Assembly: GCA_965287045.1 (NCBI GenBank)
Contig: OZ336871.1
Span: 111,724,001 to 111,788,000, forward strand
From: Carcharhinus amblyrhynchos
Taxonomy: Eukaryota
Length of the DNA: 64,000 bases
Direction of reading: 5' to 3'
Below the pieces are notes generated by a model. It did no database searches. It was not told the DNA's origin and saw only the letters and a list, made by a program, of their open reading frames with translations. Position numbers and translations under genes: made by a program. This document shows positions 42,401-56,388 of this stretch, piece by piece (the stretch's first letter is position 1; every line of letters begins with the position of its first letter).

Positions 42401-44711
42401 TTCGAAACCTAAAACGCGACTCATATCCCTCTGCTTTCTTTTCAAATGTTGCAACTGTGATTCTAAGTTTCAAGTAAAAACAAGATCAAAAGTTTTTGAA
42501 GCGTATTCGTTAACTATTTCCTTTGCCACTCGTCCTATAAAAACAATCTTCTTTTATATTCTCGTTCCACATGAAGCTACTGAGCTAATGATATTTCAGT
42601 TAATGTTGCAAGGAAGTAAACGTGAACAATTATATCTGATTTATATTTTTCTAGTTTCCGGAATTAGCTGGTGGTATTACCCCCAATAAATACAACACAA
42701 GTAGACAAAGAAGATGTTTCAAAAAAGATAATCTTTTTCGATTCTCCTTCATTTTCACATCTTAAACACCAGAGAACACCATGTAACACCCAATTAAAGC
42801 TCCCTAATCACTGGTAATCAAATTATTTTCGTTGCCCTTGACATCCACAATTGAAAACAGCTGGAAATACGTGTAACAGGGCAATCATGTGAATAAACCA
42901 GTATCATGTTTTCTTTTTATATTAATATGAATGCAATAACAGTAAATATTCTTGGTTTTGTACTTTGATTATTTTAACAGGTTTATGTAACATTTACTTT
43001 GATTTGCTATGTAAGTACTGTGGATAATTTTATTTCCAGTATTTCGCTGAATATGCATTTAGTAGTTTTCAAAGACAACTTCACTTGCACAAAGGGGCAA
43101 AAAAAAATCAGCCTACCCCTGGAACAGCAGATCTCTACTAAGGCCGACCATTCCTCTGGCTTTTACTTAGACAGGAAAACTTTTTGTAGGAACCAAATTA
43201 ATGTAGTTGTTGGGGGTTGGCATTTTTCCTGTGAAAAGAGTGAAATAAGAAACTTTACTTATTTGTCTTCCATAAATTATCGCAATTCATAATAGTCTAA
43301 GAAAATAATTTCCTTTAACTTTATACACGCATGAAATACACCCCTTTGAGTGGAAAGTAAAATATCAACAAAGACTCAAGTAAAGCAAACCAAAAGATGA
43401 GGAGCAGGTAGTTAGGAAGCTTATACTGCAATCGCATCAACAATACTTCTTTGATGGTGAGTACAAACAAACCGAGAAATGCCCATGGGCATTAGGCCAG
43501 TTACAATATAAGATGTTTAGCTTTCCACTGACACAGATAGAAAAAAAAATCTTGCTATTAGTGTGTTTAAACCGTGGATTATTCTGAGGAGAGTCCATGA
43601 AAGTTACTAACAGCAGAATTGAACCTCCCCTTGCTTCCAAGGCCCGTTTAAAATACTGATCCGAGTAGTCGTTCCACTTGGAAAAATCTAAGTACCTTAA
43701 TCTTTAATTCACAAAAATGATCTCCCTCACCACCCTACAAGTGTGACATTCTCATACCACCTTTACCGTCTTTTCAGATAATTCGAGTGAATGTTGTGGT
43801 TGTGAATTCACCATGGTACACATTGGATTCATTCTCATATAATTTTATGGGCAAAGAGGGAGAGGAAGGGAGGGTATTGGGGAGAGAGAGGGTAGTCGGG
43901 CTAAATGTATCCCAGTCCTCTGCTTTTGCTTTAAATTGCCGGTGGAAAGATGAACGCCAGTGGTGTGAAGGCGCCGCCTCCCTAGTTCCAATAGAATCAA
44001 CAAAGACAATTCGGCCGAATTAAGCAGATACTCTATTTCTGATCTTTCCATCGCTTTCCTAAACGACGAATACGTTAGGTATCGGCATCCACTCGAAGTT
44101 TATTACTGATCTCCACTATTTTTATTGTTTCTGGTAAATGTTTTAACTGATACACAGTTATCAGGGTTGCTTTGTAGGAGATGATGTAGTTCTTTCAATT
44201 TGTTATTTTCTGGCCTACAGAAAGGAGCAGCCTGTGCAGGTATTTAAGGATCCAACGTGCTTATGTCTCACAGTAACGTCAGGTAACAATGCAAAAGCAT
44301 CTGATATCAATGCATTGGATTAAATGTAACCTTGGGATTGCCTTTCCTGATAACAATCCATGACCTTAAGCTACAATTTTGTAAACTATATATAATTGTA
44401 TCTCAATGTTGTAATCTTAGCTCAAAACAAATTCTCTTCGTGCAAAAGGCATAGGATTCTTAAACGCGGCAATGTACGCTGAGTAATCCATTACTTCATA
44501 GAAATAACTAATTTATTTTGACGTAATGCAGACTGGTGTTCCTACATTTGAAAATCCAGTGTAAATTATATTTCTATCTCTCTGTCTCTCTGTATATACA
44601 TATGGGCTAAGGAAATGCGCCCTATGGTGTAGATAGTAAGAGTTTTTATGGGGCGTTCATTGTATGTTGAAAATACCATAATAACAGTTAGGTGTCATTG
44701 TGACGTTAACA

Positions 44712-44756
44712 AAAAACATTACCTTACATCAAACAAAAACATTACCTTACATCAAA
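44712..44756. repeat. 23-bp tandem duplication
   Basis: aaaaacattaccttacatcaaac repeated twice head-to-tail. Confidence 0.85.
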
Positions 44757-45914
44757 ATTCTAAGTAAATGTTTTAATCAGATAACTGCTTCCTGTTTGTC
44801 AGCGGTGGGTAACGTTCTTGTCTCCTGCATGATCTTTTTTAGCTCTTTGCTCAACGAGCGGATTTCCTTTTCTCACAAACAACCAGTTTCTTTTTTGCAA
44901 CTAGTACAAGGGCGGAATGAACGGTTATTAGTAACGCGCCACGTCTTGGGAACATTAAGGGGGAAAGAAATAGCAGCTTAATTTTAATTTCTCGCCTTGA
45001 CATTTTTTGGGTGGGGGCTGGGGGGTGGGTGGGGTTGTGTTTGACAGCAGAAAGGGGTTTAAATTTAAATCGCAGCCATGGGGGTGAGGGGAATGAGAAT
45101 GAACATTGATTCTGTAACTATGGGCTCGCAGAGGGGATTTGAATGGCAGCACTGATAATCCGCCCGCATCTTCTGAAGGTGTTTCTTCACATTGTCTTTT
45201 GCATTATCTTGGCACGGTTATGCGGGCCAGCTGGATGGGGTTGTGCACCTAGTGTATGAGCAGGCAGGCACGGCCGGCCAGCGCTCTGCCCACATGTCTC
45301 TCTCTGAATGACAAAGGAAGGCAGCTCCAGTGCAGCCCGCCGAGCGGCTGCTCAACAGCCACGTGACCCTGTCGGGAAAGTCTGCAACGCGCCTGCGTGC
45401 TCTCCCCCACCTCCCCCGGGCTCCCCGCCGCAGAGTGCAATGGTCAGACCTCAGAACCAGTGCAGAGCACATGTCCCGGCCTGTGTTACCACCACAATCC
45501 ACACCAAAACCCACCAACGCTCTCTGGATTGTTCTCCAAAAGAAAACGCCCACGTTTTACAAAAAGAACGTTAACTGACTATTGATTGCTAGCGTACGCA
45601 TGTTAAAATTCTCTTCCCGGGCGGGAAAGAAAGATAAAAAACACGCCTTTGTCCTTTAATCTTCCCTCTTCAATTTCAATGTAGCCATCAAAGAAGACAT
45701 TGAAGCTAATGTAAAAATCCCAACATTTTCTAAAAAAACACATCAGCAAACCCAATATGTGTTTTTAAGCGAATAGTTTGGGATTTCCTGTCATGGTAAA
45801 CCTTAACCGCTGTAGTTTAGAAACTTAATGGAACCATGGATGATGACTAAATTCTTACATTTACAAAATATGATATTGCTGCTTGTCGTTTTTGGCTTGG
45901 CGCCGTGCTATCAT

Positions 45915-46075
45915 TGGAGGCCTTCAAATGAAATTGGATAATTATCTGAAGAGAAAAAAAATGTGCAGGGCTATGGGTAACGGCGGGAGAATGGGATTCC
46001 CGCAGAGAGCCGTCATGGACAGGACGGACCGAATGACCTCCACTGTGCTAAAACTATTCTATGATGCTAACCCTG
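45915..46075 (+). mobile_element. CR1 3' end remnant
   Basis: ttcaaatgaaattggataattatctgaagag...cagggctatggg...ggaccgaatgacctcc...attctatgat. Confidence 0.7.
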
Positions 46076-49000
46076 CATTGGGTGCTAAGGTGGACTGATT
46101 CCAGAGTGCCCAACATTGGATGGATCTCAAGTTGGTTCCATATGGTATCCGTTGTGTCAGTGCAAAGCCAAACTGGTTAGCACGAACGTTATATTTGTGT
46201 AATTGCACTCTCAAACCCACAGTGGCCTGGATCGTGTTCGAAATCATATTCATTAGGTGGAACATTCGACATGTGAAAAAAATGAAAGCCAGAATTCAAA
46301 TCATTATCTACAAATCGAAACTCCAAAACTTGCTTCTATTCGCATATGTTAAAATTTCGTTTCTAAACCACAAGATCAAACACTTACAGGTTTCATACTG
46401 TGAACCCTTGGCAAACATTGACATGAAGGCCCGAGAAGCGGGCAATATTGTGCTAAACAGCAAAGTTGTTTAAAGTATAGGTCAGATGATTTTAAATTCT
46501 ATATCTAAACTCAATTTGCAGATTATCCTACTCAAGTATTTACACATTATTTTAAATCTCCTATTCTGGGCATCATTCAAAAGTTTGATTCCACAGACTA
46601 CAGAATAATGCTGATTTGCTATTTACGCAGGCATGGATAAAATGTAATTTAACATTAAACGTCAGCACAAAGTGTAATTTAACGTTAAAGCACATATTGG
46701 TCGCAATAAAAGAGTAAAATGCTGAAAATCCCAAATAACACAAGGAAAGCTGGGAATACTCAGCAGGTCTGACAGTAACCGTGGAGAGAGAAACAGAGTT
46801 AATGTTTCAGGCAATAATTATTGTGTAAGAAATACATTATTGCTTATTAATAGAGCATATCACGTTTGATAGCCACCAAATGCAGCTCCATTTGAACTCA
46901 TTCTTAGTTCTATACATTTTGATTCAACTTCCAGAGAACCTGTATTCTATTTTATGCTACGAAGTGAACCGAGCAAAGGTCGCAAATATGGCACAAAGAA
47001 TGTGCAATTTTATACTCCTGACGATTTTTCGAAGTGTTGATAGTTTCCCTGCAGGTTGTAATATTAGGATTTGCTACATGTGTGTGGTAATGCTTTTACA
47101 AAGTTAAACGGAATGAGAATGAAATCAGCAACACCAGCCGTTTTACTGTTTCTTAACCCTTTTGGAACTGGGGTAAAATGTACACTTAAACGTTACCTCC
47201 ATTCCAGTTGAAGCACTACGTCACTTCAGTTAGTTTTTAGGTTTAAAAAGACATGTTTGCATTACCCATATGCTTCTTCATATGTCAGTTTTTGACATCC
47301 CTTCAGTGTTTACATTAGATTGTTAAGAAAACGAATAGAAACATAACTCGTAAATCCGAATAACATGCACCAGCTTTAAAAAAAATCACTGTCATGCCAT
47401 GGGATCATCCGATATGACGTTTTTCTCATTGGTATGTCTTAGTGTGGTTACTGCTGGATTTGACACTAAGTGATGCTAAACTTCACGGAAGTGTAACTCG
47501 CAATTTTGTAGTTAAACTTGAAAATAGATCATATTGTGTGTTAAAAAGATCACAATTCTCCTGTAATGATGATTAATTCGTGTATTATATGCTGGAACTA
47601 AACGCTGTTTCGTGACATTCATTAACATTATATGCATCCACTCTTTCTTTCAATTTAAATGAAGTATAGGCTTTCCAGTTGGATTCCTTTTTAAAAAGTC
47701 AACTCATGAGTAAGTTCGCTGACGTAATGTTCATAGGAAATCTTTATATTATGTGTAACACAGGGGACAATTCATTTTACGATATGAATCACTTACTGTT
47801 ATTGTAATAATAGGGTTGCTTGATTCAGCAATGATGATTTAGGAAAAATGTTCTAATCTGTGCTTGAGATATTAAGATGGAAAAAGTAAAAGTAGGAATA
47901 AACTAAGCTAGAGCTACAGACATTTGTATGCTATAGCGATCGATATGTAATAAACCTTTTAGTTGCACACGAAATTATTTTAACAACATTTCCATTCAAA
48001 CATGTCAGCGGACAAAATAAAGCTCATAGTCATATATCACTGCAATACTTTCTAACAGCAACGTGAGCGTACCTACACTAGATGGACTACAGAGACTCAA
48101 GAAGGCAATTCACCATTACTTTCTCAGGGGCAATTAGGGATCGGTAACAAACGCTGGCGTGGCCAGAGATGCCTACATCACGTGAAAGATCAAAAGCCAA
48201 TACTTAACAATTTCTAAAAAAAAAGTTTCGAAAAGTGAGTTCGTATTGGAATCTATGCCAAATATTTAAACAGATCACCCTTCATTATTCTCCGTGGAAA
48301 ATAGTTCATAGAGATCTGTATTAAGAAAACAAAGTGTAGATAACTGAGATCACAGTCTTTGGACATAAATGTCCAACCGCTGTTACTTTAAAAATATAAC
48401 TTAGAAAGGAATGAATTTATATTCAATAAATCCAGCTTTCACACTTCAGACAAACATAATATGAAACCAAAGATAAGCTTGTGGAGGAAGACAGAGCTGA
48501 TCATACATATTGGACATATACAATACTTTCTCATTTTATTACAGACATCAAACACAAAGCCATACTATTATTTTCAAATAGAACTGAACTTGTAGGACAC
48601 ACCGTCATGTTTAAAATATAAATTTTGCATGTTTTCACAACTTCGTTTTTCTACACATCTGTACTGGATGTGTGTAGAAATATTTTTGGCAGCAAAAATT
48701 GCACAATAGAAGTGTCTGAATATTGAATATATTCCCTTTGAACGATAAGGACATAGTCAATTAATTAGATGCGGAATCTTTAAAGGGTGGTTAACAGTGA
48801 TCTCTGGAAGACGGACAGTGTGCCTTGTTCGTTTATTTTTGATCAAAAAAAGTAGCTTGAACCTGCTGTTAAACTTCAGGCGGTGCCTGCAGTTTGTATA
48901 AGCCGTGGGGTCTATTACAGGGTTTTGTTTATAAATTAAAACGTAGGAGAACACAGTATTTTGACAATTCACGATGGGCACGGAAAGTGTTTTCTTTTGT

Positions 49001-52000
49001 TGCCATCATTAAAATTTAATAGGCGGCCATGTATATCAGTTCTTTGCAGCTAAAGTTGGGACGTTTCTGACAGTTCTCGTAAAGATTTAACTTTTGGCAA
49101 TACTTGATTCCATCTCTAGCCTTTGATTTTGCTTCTGGTTTGGCACGTGAGCCAACAACTTGTCAAGTTTACTATTCTCGTTATGTGGAACGTCAAGAAA
49201 GATTTATATATATGAAGTAGTCATATAATTTAAAGACTTGATTAAAGGCGCTAATTGTGTGTATCTGTGGCTGATACCCCTTCACTCTCTGCTACCCGCG
49301 GCGTATCGGTAGCTTTGTTGTCCTGATTCAGCACTGGATGCGGAGTCAGCATTCAAGCAACAGCCTTTTAAGCCTTTGCGAGATTTCACTTTTGGGGCCC
49401 TCTCAGAAAGATCAAATTTCACTTGCAGGATTTGTATCAGGTTTAACGCCTGAAGTTGTATCATCGCCTAAACTGTAGCCGAGAAAGCGGTACCCTTCCA
49501 GAATTCCCTATTTTCACTTCCTGCCACCAAATGTCAGGAATGTTTCTGAACGATCGGACTGGCACAGCTGACTTCGTCTTGCTATTTGTACCATGTGCTG
49601 TCTGAAAGACCGGTGACTTTGCCTAAACGCGTGAGTAGAAATACTGGCAAAAAAAGGCTGCACATGAGATATAAACAGAAAATATTGTAAACACTTTGAA
49701 GGTCAGTCAGCACCCGCGGAGAGAACAGGCAAGTTAATGTGTCACCTCATCAGAATTATTGATTTTTCTTTCATTTTTCTACTCCTTTACCGAACTGCTT
49801 GTACAAGTGCCAAAACGTTTGACTTTTGTGGGTAGTGTTTGAATCTTTTAAATACACAATATTTGCCGAATGACACCAACTCCTCGCAACGATTTTGAAC
49901 AGACCAAGAAGACAGTACTTTATGAAGCAATAGATCGCTGAGGTGGACCATCAGGTACACGTTGTTTTTTGAGGACAGAACCATTCTAAGAAATATGACG
50001 TTAGGAAAAAAACGTGTTGCCTTGCATTGACTGTGCATTTATTCCAGACCTTGTGTGTGAAGGTGGGGTTGGGGTAAAGGAGACATTTTGAGGGAATGCC
50101 TTTTCTTATGTGCCTCTAAACCGAACACACATTTATAAAGTCTTTTTTTTGGAAAAACATGGATCAAGGAAGCACGTAAACTGATAAAACTCGAATTATT
50201 TATTTAACGTGACAACATTGCGAACGGTGTCTGAAATGGTGAGGTTTCAAGGATCTCGGATAGTCTAGATTTATTTGCAGTGTCAAGTGGTGGCATTGAC
50301 CGTTGAATTAAACCTTTTTCATTCAAAATAAACGTCCATCACATTGCAGGTGGTTTGAACATAAATCCATGTCAACGACTTCACTGGAGGAAAATCCCAA
50401 CACAGGACGTTATGCGGCGCCAGTTTAAGAGAGGTGATGCATGGCACGGTGATTATTCTCCCATTGCATTTTTTTCCGGCGGCCAGCCAGTAAAGCAATG
50501 GCAGATGGCTTGTAGCCCTTTCAGTCAGGTTATGGGGGAAGGGAAAGACAGAGAGAGAGAGATAAAGGAAAATTTAGAATTGGAAACAAAGTATTCTAAT
50601 GAGCATATTTAGGTTTTAACTGGAGACTCTTAGGACCAGAATACCCTTTGCCACTCTTGTAGGGCAATGACATTGCTACATTCAGTTCAAAAAAATTTGT
50701 GAACCTATTTGTGAACAAGGCAAATCTCCGAAACCTTCAATGTGATTGTAGCTTCTATTTTAATGTTCGGGTTGAGATAAATGGCTAACCATTCTTAAGA
50801 GTTAGTAGAAATCAGTACCAGTATATGGAAGATAGCAGAATTAGCGAATAATATTGCATTCAGATCTTTGAATAAGTTACCAGATTAAACTCGTGGTTGG
50901 TTTGTAATGGGAAGCCAGAAGGTACTGTTCTTCAAGGAGGAAGAGTAGAGGAGCTCTGCTTTGGAGTCCACTCTCACCACCCCCGCTCCCTCATGAGGTA
51001 CATCCTAAAACAGGTGGTTCAAACTTGTTGAAGAATCTGATTGACATTTACATTTTAATGACGCAGTTTGGAGTGTAACTTCTTCGGAATATGAAAGGCA
51101 TTAGAAACACATCTACAATTTTAAATATTATTTAAAATTGTGTGGAAAATTTTAAAAAAAGCTTAAGGAAGAATTCCTGTACACAAATTGATTGAATGAG
51201 GTGTTCTCTTTCACACACATATTGTCGTCTACCGCCGGTGAAATCTTAATAATAGAAAACAAAGATTTATTTTGTAACATCGGAAGCGCAGGCTGCAGTC
51301 ATGCATCCATCCTTACACGGATATGTGCCTCAAAAATGCAATATCACATAGACCCAATCTGACAGACCCATGAGTTAAAGTCAAGATGTTTGAGATTCCT
51401 CCAGCTTGTTGGAATTTATCTCCCGGGACGAGTAATCGGACATCAATCCGGTATTAGGACGGATTCAAGAAGCTCCCAGGTAATTTTGAGTGGGCTCACC
51501 AGCTTTGAGTTACATTCATTTTGGGAAAGCGCACACTGTCCCTGGCTGCTTTGATATTTAAAGAAGGACAACCACTAGGAAATAGAACTCTTCACATTAT
51601 GGTTGCTTAGACCTGGCAGCCAACGTTACTTTTGGCCACAATGTAACATTAGTTGCTGGCTGCATTTTCTAACATCTACTCGTTCGAATAGATTATTGCA
51701 CAAAAGTATTGGTTCATTTGCTTTCTGGTGGAAATAGGAGTCCAGGTCTCCCCTCCTCAAGAAGGAAGATATAAGAGTAATTGTCGCTTGTAGCTCTCGC
51801 CTCCTTCGCGGAGATCGGTCCTCCTGATCATTGACACGCCTCCTTAACAGAATGGAACAAACATTATGAAGTCCTGAATCAAATTCTACATCGTTGTCCT
51901 GCTTGGACTGCGACTTAACTCTAGCTTCATTTCTATTTGGCACTGTCGGCGTTTCTTCAGTTTGGGGAGGTTAATAGAAGATAATCTGATCAGGTGGTCT

Positions 52001-54464
52001 CACGTTTAATCGAGATTTCCAACTGACGCCAGTTGGGTTGTAAGTTATTACTGCTGATATAGTAGAAGCGCAGTGACCGTTTTTATGTAAGCAAATATGG
52101 CAGCCGTTGGGAACATAGTTAAAACAATGCAACAACGACTGGTCGTGTTGACTGAGGTAAGAATATTCATCATAATGGTGAAGGACTTCATAATTAATAA
52201 TTACAAGAAATTCTGGAAATACGCAGCAAGTCGTTTAGCATCTGCCTTCTTTCCATGCACGCTGACCGATTTATGTGTATTTTCAGCATTCTGTTTGCAT
52301 TTCGGATTCCCAGTTTTCATTTCCATTTTATTCCAGCCAGGTTAAACCATGCTGTGGAAACCAAAACACAGAATGCACCAAGGTTTAACGCCCTAACTGA
52401 AAGCTGGCTCATCTGATGATGGCTTGAAGCTACAACCTTCTCGACCCAGAAGCTGGCGCTACCGTGACATTGTTATCTACAGGTCATCTTGCCTTAATGG
52501 CGAATAGGAAAAATGTCAGAGACTTAAAACATGCCATATGAATGTACTAAACGAATAAAACGCCACATGTTCCCGTTCAGGTTCCCACAAGGATAGATTA
52601 GAAGCATGTGTGAACACGGCTACCATAGTTCTTTCGACGCTGTGAAGCTACAGCCCAGTGACATCAATTACATCGTTCCCTAAACAAATGGAAACCAGCC
52701 GCGGATGCACTACATCTTATAATCAAGCTAATTAACTGCAAACAACACAAAAAACGAGAGAGCTACGTCTTCAATATCACAGGTCGGATACCCCTAAAAA
52801 TGCACGTGATTAATAATCTGATCATCCCCTTGTAGCTGTGGGGTTTGGGGAGTGAAATCTCGAAGCATTTCACCAATTACTGTTGGTGTTGAGATGTTCA
52901 CGCATCATTTTGAATTCGAAGAATTCAGCCATAATCACAGCTGCCGCTGCTTCGTGGGCGGTGAACGTGCTGAGTCAACTTTTGATGTGCAATGGGAAAA
53001 TACAACGCAAAAGGCCGGTCGGCAGACCATGATCAAACCGTACAAAATTAAATTGCTTAATTGAATTGTAAGGTTGTCTACATTTTTGCCAGTGGCTTCC
53101 ATAGAGGCAAAATGAACAATATGGGGAAAACAAAACAGCGATTCTCCCACTTTCATTCCACAAATTGCCTCTCGCCTCTTACCTAGTTGTAGTTTGGAAC
53201 TTAGTGGGCAGACTTTTGCTTTAACCTGAATATTTTTTCTGATAAACGGCATCCTTTTGAATATATCATACGATGTACGTCGAATGCAATCCCCTCCCCC
53301 CCATTGCAATTAAATAAATACTCCCATTCCACACTGACTAAGGCAGAAGTTAGTTTTGTCTTTCAGGCGTAGGTGAAGAAGGTCAATTTTATTTCCGGAA
53401 TACGAGGAACCCTTGTTTAAAAATAAACATGATGCATGGATTCCAATAAGGCCTATATCCAGTATCACTGTGACAATATTTCCCAAACACTGACGTCCAC
53501 CACCACCACCACCACCCCCCACCCAACACCTCCTGTGGGAGAAACATTTTCTCAGCGTGTCCCCCCTCGTCCAACCTCCCCGCCCCCACGCCAGCCCGCA
53601 ATGGATTCTGACCATTGTTTCAGTAAAACTATCAGCTTCATTAACACTGCATAATAACTTTACTAGTAGAATTTCGCCTCGCCTATTTCAGTTGAAGTGG
53701 GTGGGTAGTTAGTGTTGTGCAGGGAAGGTTGAATACAGTGGCAAGATGCTAGTGGCAAAAACGAACCGTAAAATCCAGCGTACAGCTTAGAAAAAGAGCG
53801 GCGCTCCAAAAACACGTAAGAACGTGCACAGAAAGACGTTGTCATTAAAAACGTCACTTTTACTTCACATGAGATTGGTTGTTCAAAAAAATGAGCTTCA
53901 TTTCATTTGGAAGTGTGATTTTTTTAACTGCACATCAATATATATAACCTAATCTGTATTCCTCGGGCCCCTGTACGGTGCGTGGGAGGGAACAGTCGAT
54001 GAAGCTCAGAAGGGAAAAAAAAAGACACGATGTACAATATTTCGTATACATGAATTTGACATGTGGGAACAAACATTGTTATTCACAGGCTTGACATTAT
54101 TAGTTTCCTCGCTCCTGTGGGTGTTAATGGGCCATGAGATATGACCATGATATGTAATGACGTTACTACATCTGGCATTAATGTTACTACTTCTGAAATG
54201 TAAAATGACTCATTAGCAACACGTTGTATCTGTAAAAATGTCAACTTGAGAATGGACCAAACGAATGTTCCATAGCCAGCTCGAATAGCCCTTCGTAAAA
54301 GCACGTAGATATTGCGTTAATAAACGCATGACTACTTGTTTAGTAATTTCTACTGCAGCTTATTACTCAATGGAATGCATATTTATAGGTTCAACGTTTT
54401 TCTTTATGCATCAAGCGAACGTCAAATTAAAGATCCGTATCCTGTCTGAGACCGAAAGCAACTA

Positions 54465-54745
54465 ATGGTGGCATAGTGGCATTGCTACCTCACAATGCTA
54501 GGGACCCAGGTTCAATTCCGGTCTCGGATAACTGTGGAGTTTGCACATTCTCCCCGTGTTTCCCGGGGTTTCCTTCCACAGTCCAAAAATGTGTAGGTTA
54601 GGTGGATTCGCCATGCTAAATTGCCCCTTAGTATCAGGGGATTAGAAGGGTAATATGTGGGGTTACGGTGATAGGCCCGGATGGGATTGTGGTCGGTGCA
54701 GACTCGATCGGCCGAATGGCCTTATCCCTGCAAGGATTCTATGAA
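54465..54745 (+). mobile_element. HE1-like V-SINE with HER1/CR1 tail
   Basis: ggtggcatagtgg...cctcacaatgctagggacccaggttcaattccgg, V-domain ggagtttgcacattctccccgtgt, tail cggtgcagactcgatcggccgaatggcc...attctatga. Confidence 0.9.
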
Positions 54746-55059
54746 TGTTCGGTTTCTTCTTGCAAATGACAGGCCTGGAACCGAAATCATTTTGAGTAAT
54801 AACCTAAAGAAAGGCTGTGAGTGTAGTTGATGATTATGTGATTTTGAATAGTAACATCAGTGCTATATCATTGTCTGCTTATCTAAACGGCAAAGAAAGT
54901 TTACATTTTCTGCCAACCTTGAATCACAGCAGTATATCCAATGCAGGCCAGTCGTATTTTATGATTTGAGAGGCCAGTGGATTTAGCAGATGGTGCAATT
55001 AGTGCCCCAAAGTGCCGAAAAAAGCAGGGATGAATTGTTATAAAAACAAAATAATGATA

Positions 55060-55370
55060 TGCATTCATATAGCGACTTTCAGGACCACAGGACTTCGCAA
55101 CGCGTTCCAGAGCTAATGGACTTTTTTTGTGAAGTGTAGTCACCATTGCAATAAAGGAAATGCGGCAGGCAATTTGCACACAGCAATTACCCACTGACAG
55201 CAATGTAATAATAAACAGATCATGACTGTGATGTTGATTGAAGGATAAATATTGGCCAGGATAGAGGTATAATTCTTCTGCTCTCCTTCGAACTAGTGCC
55301 ATAATCTACATGACAGGACAGACGGAGCCTCCATTTAGCCTTCCATTTGAGCCAGGGCACTTTTGACGAT
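55060..55370 (-). mobile_element. DeuSINE/SacSINE-like element (partial)
   Basis: gcattcatatagcg...gaagtgtagtcac...gcaatttgcacacagc...gataaatattggccagga...gacggagcctc; homologous to 60412-60790. Confidence 0.7.
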
Positions 55371-56321
55371 GATTTGTCCCACAGTCGAGTTGAATAATTT
55401 ACTTGAAGCCAAACATATTTTTAAAAATATCTATGAAAAGTAGTGCAGAGAACAGAAGAACCACACGCAGTTCGTTCTCCAACACCATATCTGTTCTGCA
55501 CGTTTGGGATATTTCCTCTGTATAACTATTCTTAGAAATAGAAGTTTAAAGTAAAAAATAAGAGGAAAAATATTCTTGTATTTGAATACATAGAGTGGCA
55601 AAGAAGATTTACCTATAATGACATCTCACATTTGATAAATATCATTATTAAGCACATTATACGTAGTGTAAGTGCCTGCACATGCGCATTTTTCTTGCCT
55701 CGTTTCTTCCCCCATGGTAGCAAGAGACCGGAGTTATCACACGAATGTCGTCACAATTTCACCTTGAGCAGGTTGCGATGGCATTACAATGCGAACCTTT
55801 CATATTCTAGTAGTTCCTCGCCAGTTTGCTTGATATGTTGAATGCAAAATACATTAAATGATGGCAAAAATCAACCAGAGTTTCGTTGCGGAAATCCACT
55901 CCTTCGATGTTGTTTTTTTTAGTTTCCGCGTGGGCTGGTTTTGGGTTTAACCCAGCAGCAACAGCGCCTTATGTGGGCTATGCGACCTTTTATATCAACT
56001 CATGGAAAAACTGCCGCAGCATTAGCGTCGTATCGTCATTATACACAAATATTGAACTCGTCTGGCTGTTATATTCCAGATTGTGCGTTGTTTGCATATC
56101 GAATATTTGTAGCTTTGCATTTGTTTGGAACCGAGTGTACTAGTACGTACTAGTTTTGAATAATTCCAAAGATATCCTTTAAAATGCACTTTAAAAAATA
56201 AATGGTGGATATTGACATTATAGTATTGGACTACAGAAATATTTCTTTTGGTGAGAAAACAGTTCATAAATACAATATTGTACAAACTATTCTTCAGGAG
56301 AAGACCAACAGCAAACGCCAA

Positions 56322-56388
56322 CATTGGCGGTGCAGACTCGATGGGCCGAGTGGCCTAATTCTGCTCCTATGTCTTATGGTCTTGTGGT
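56322..56388 (+). mobile_element. CR1 3' tail remnant
   Basis: ggcggtgcagactcgatgggccgagtggcctaattctgctcctatgtcttatggtctt. Confidence 0.8.

Noticed and set aside
45218-45585. Five overlapping ORFs as a coding exon
   Set aside because: Expected from GC-rich, stop-poor sequence; no domain or clear splice pair.
51626-51943. 105-aa minus-strand ORF with protein-like composition
   Set aside because: GTG start, in-frame stop 10 codons upstream, no convincing splice acceptor and no recognisable domain; tBLASTn conservation would be needed to revive it.
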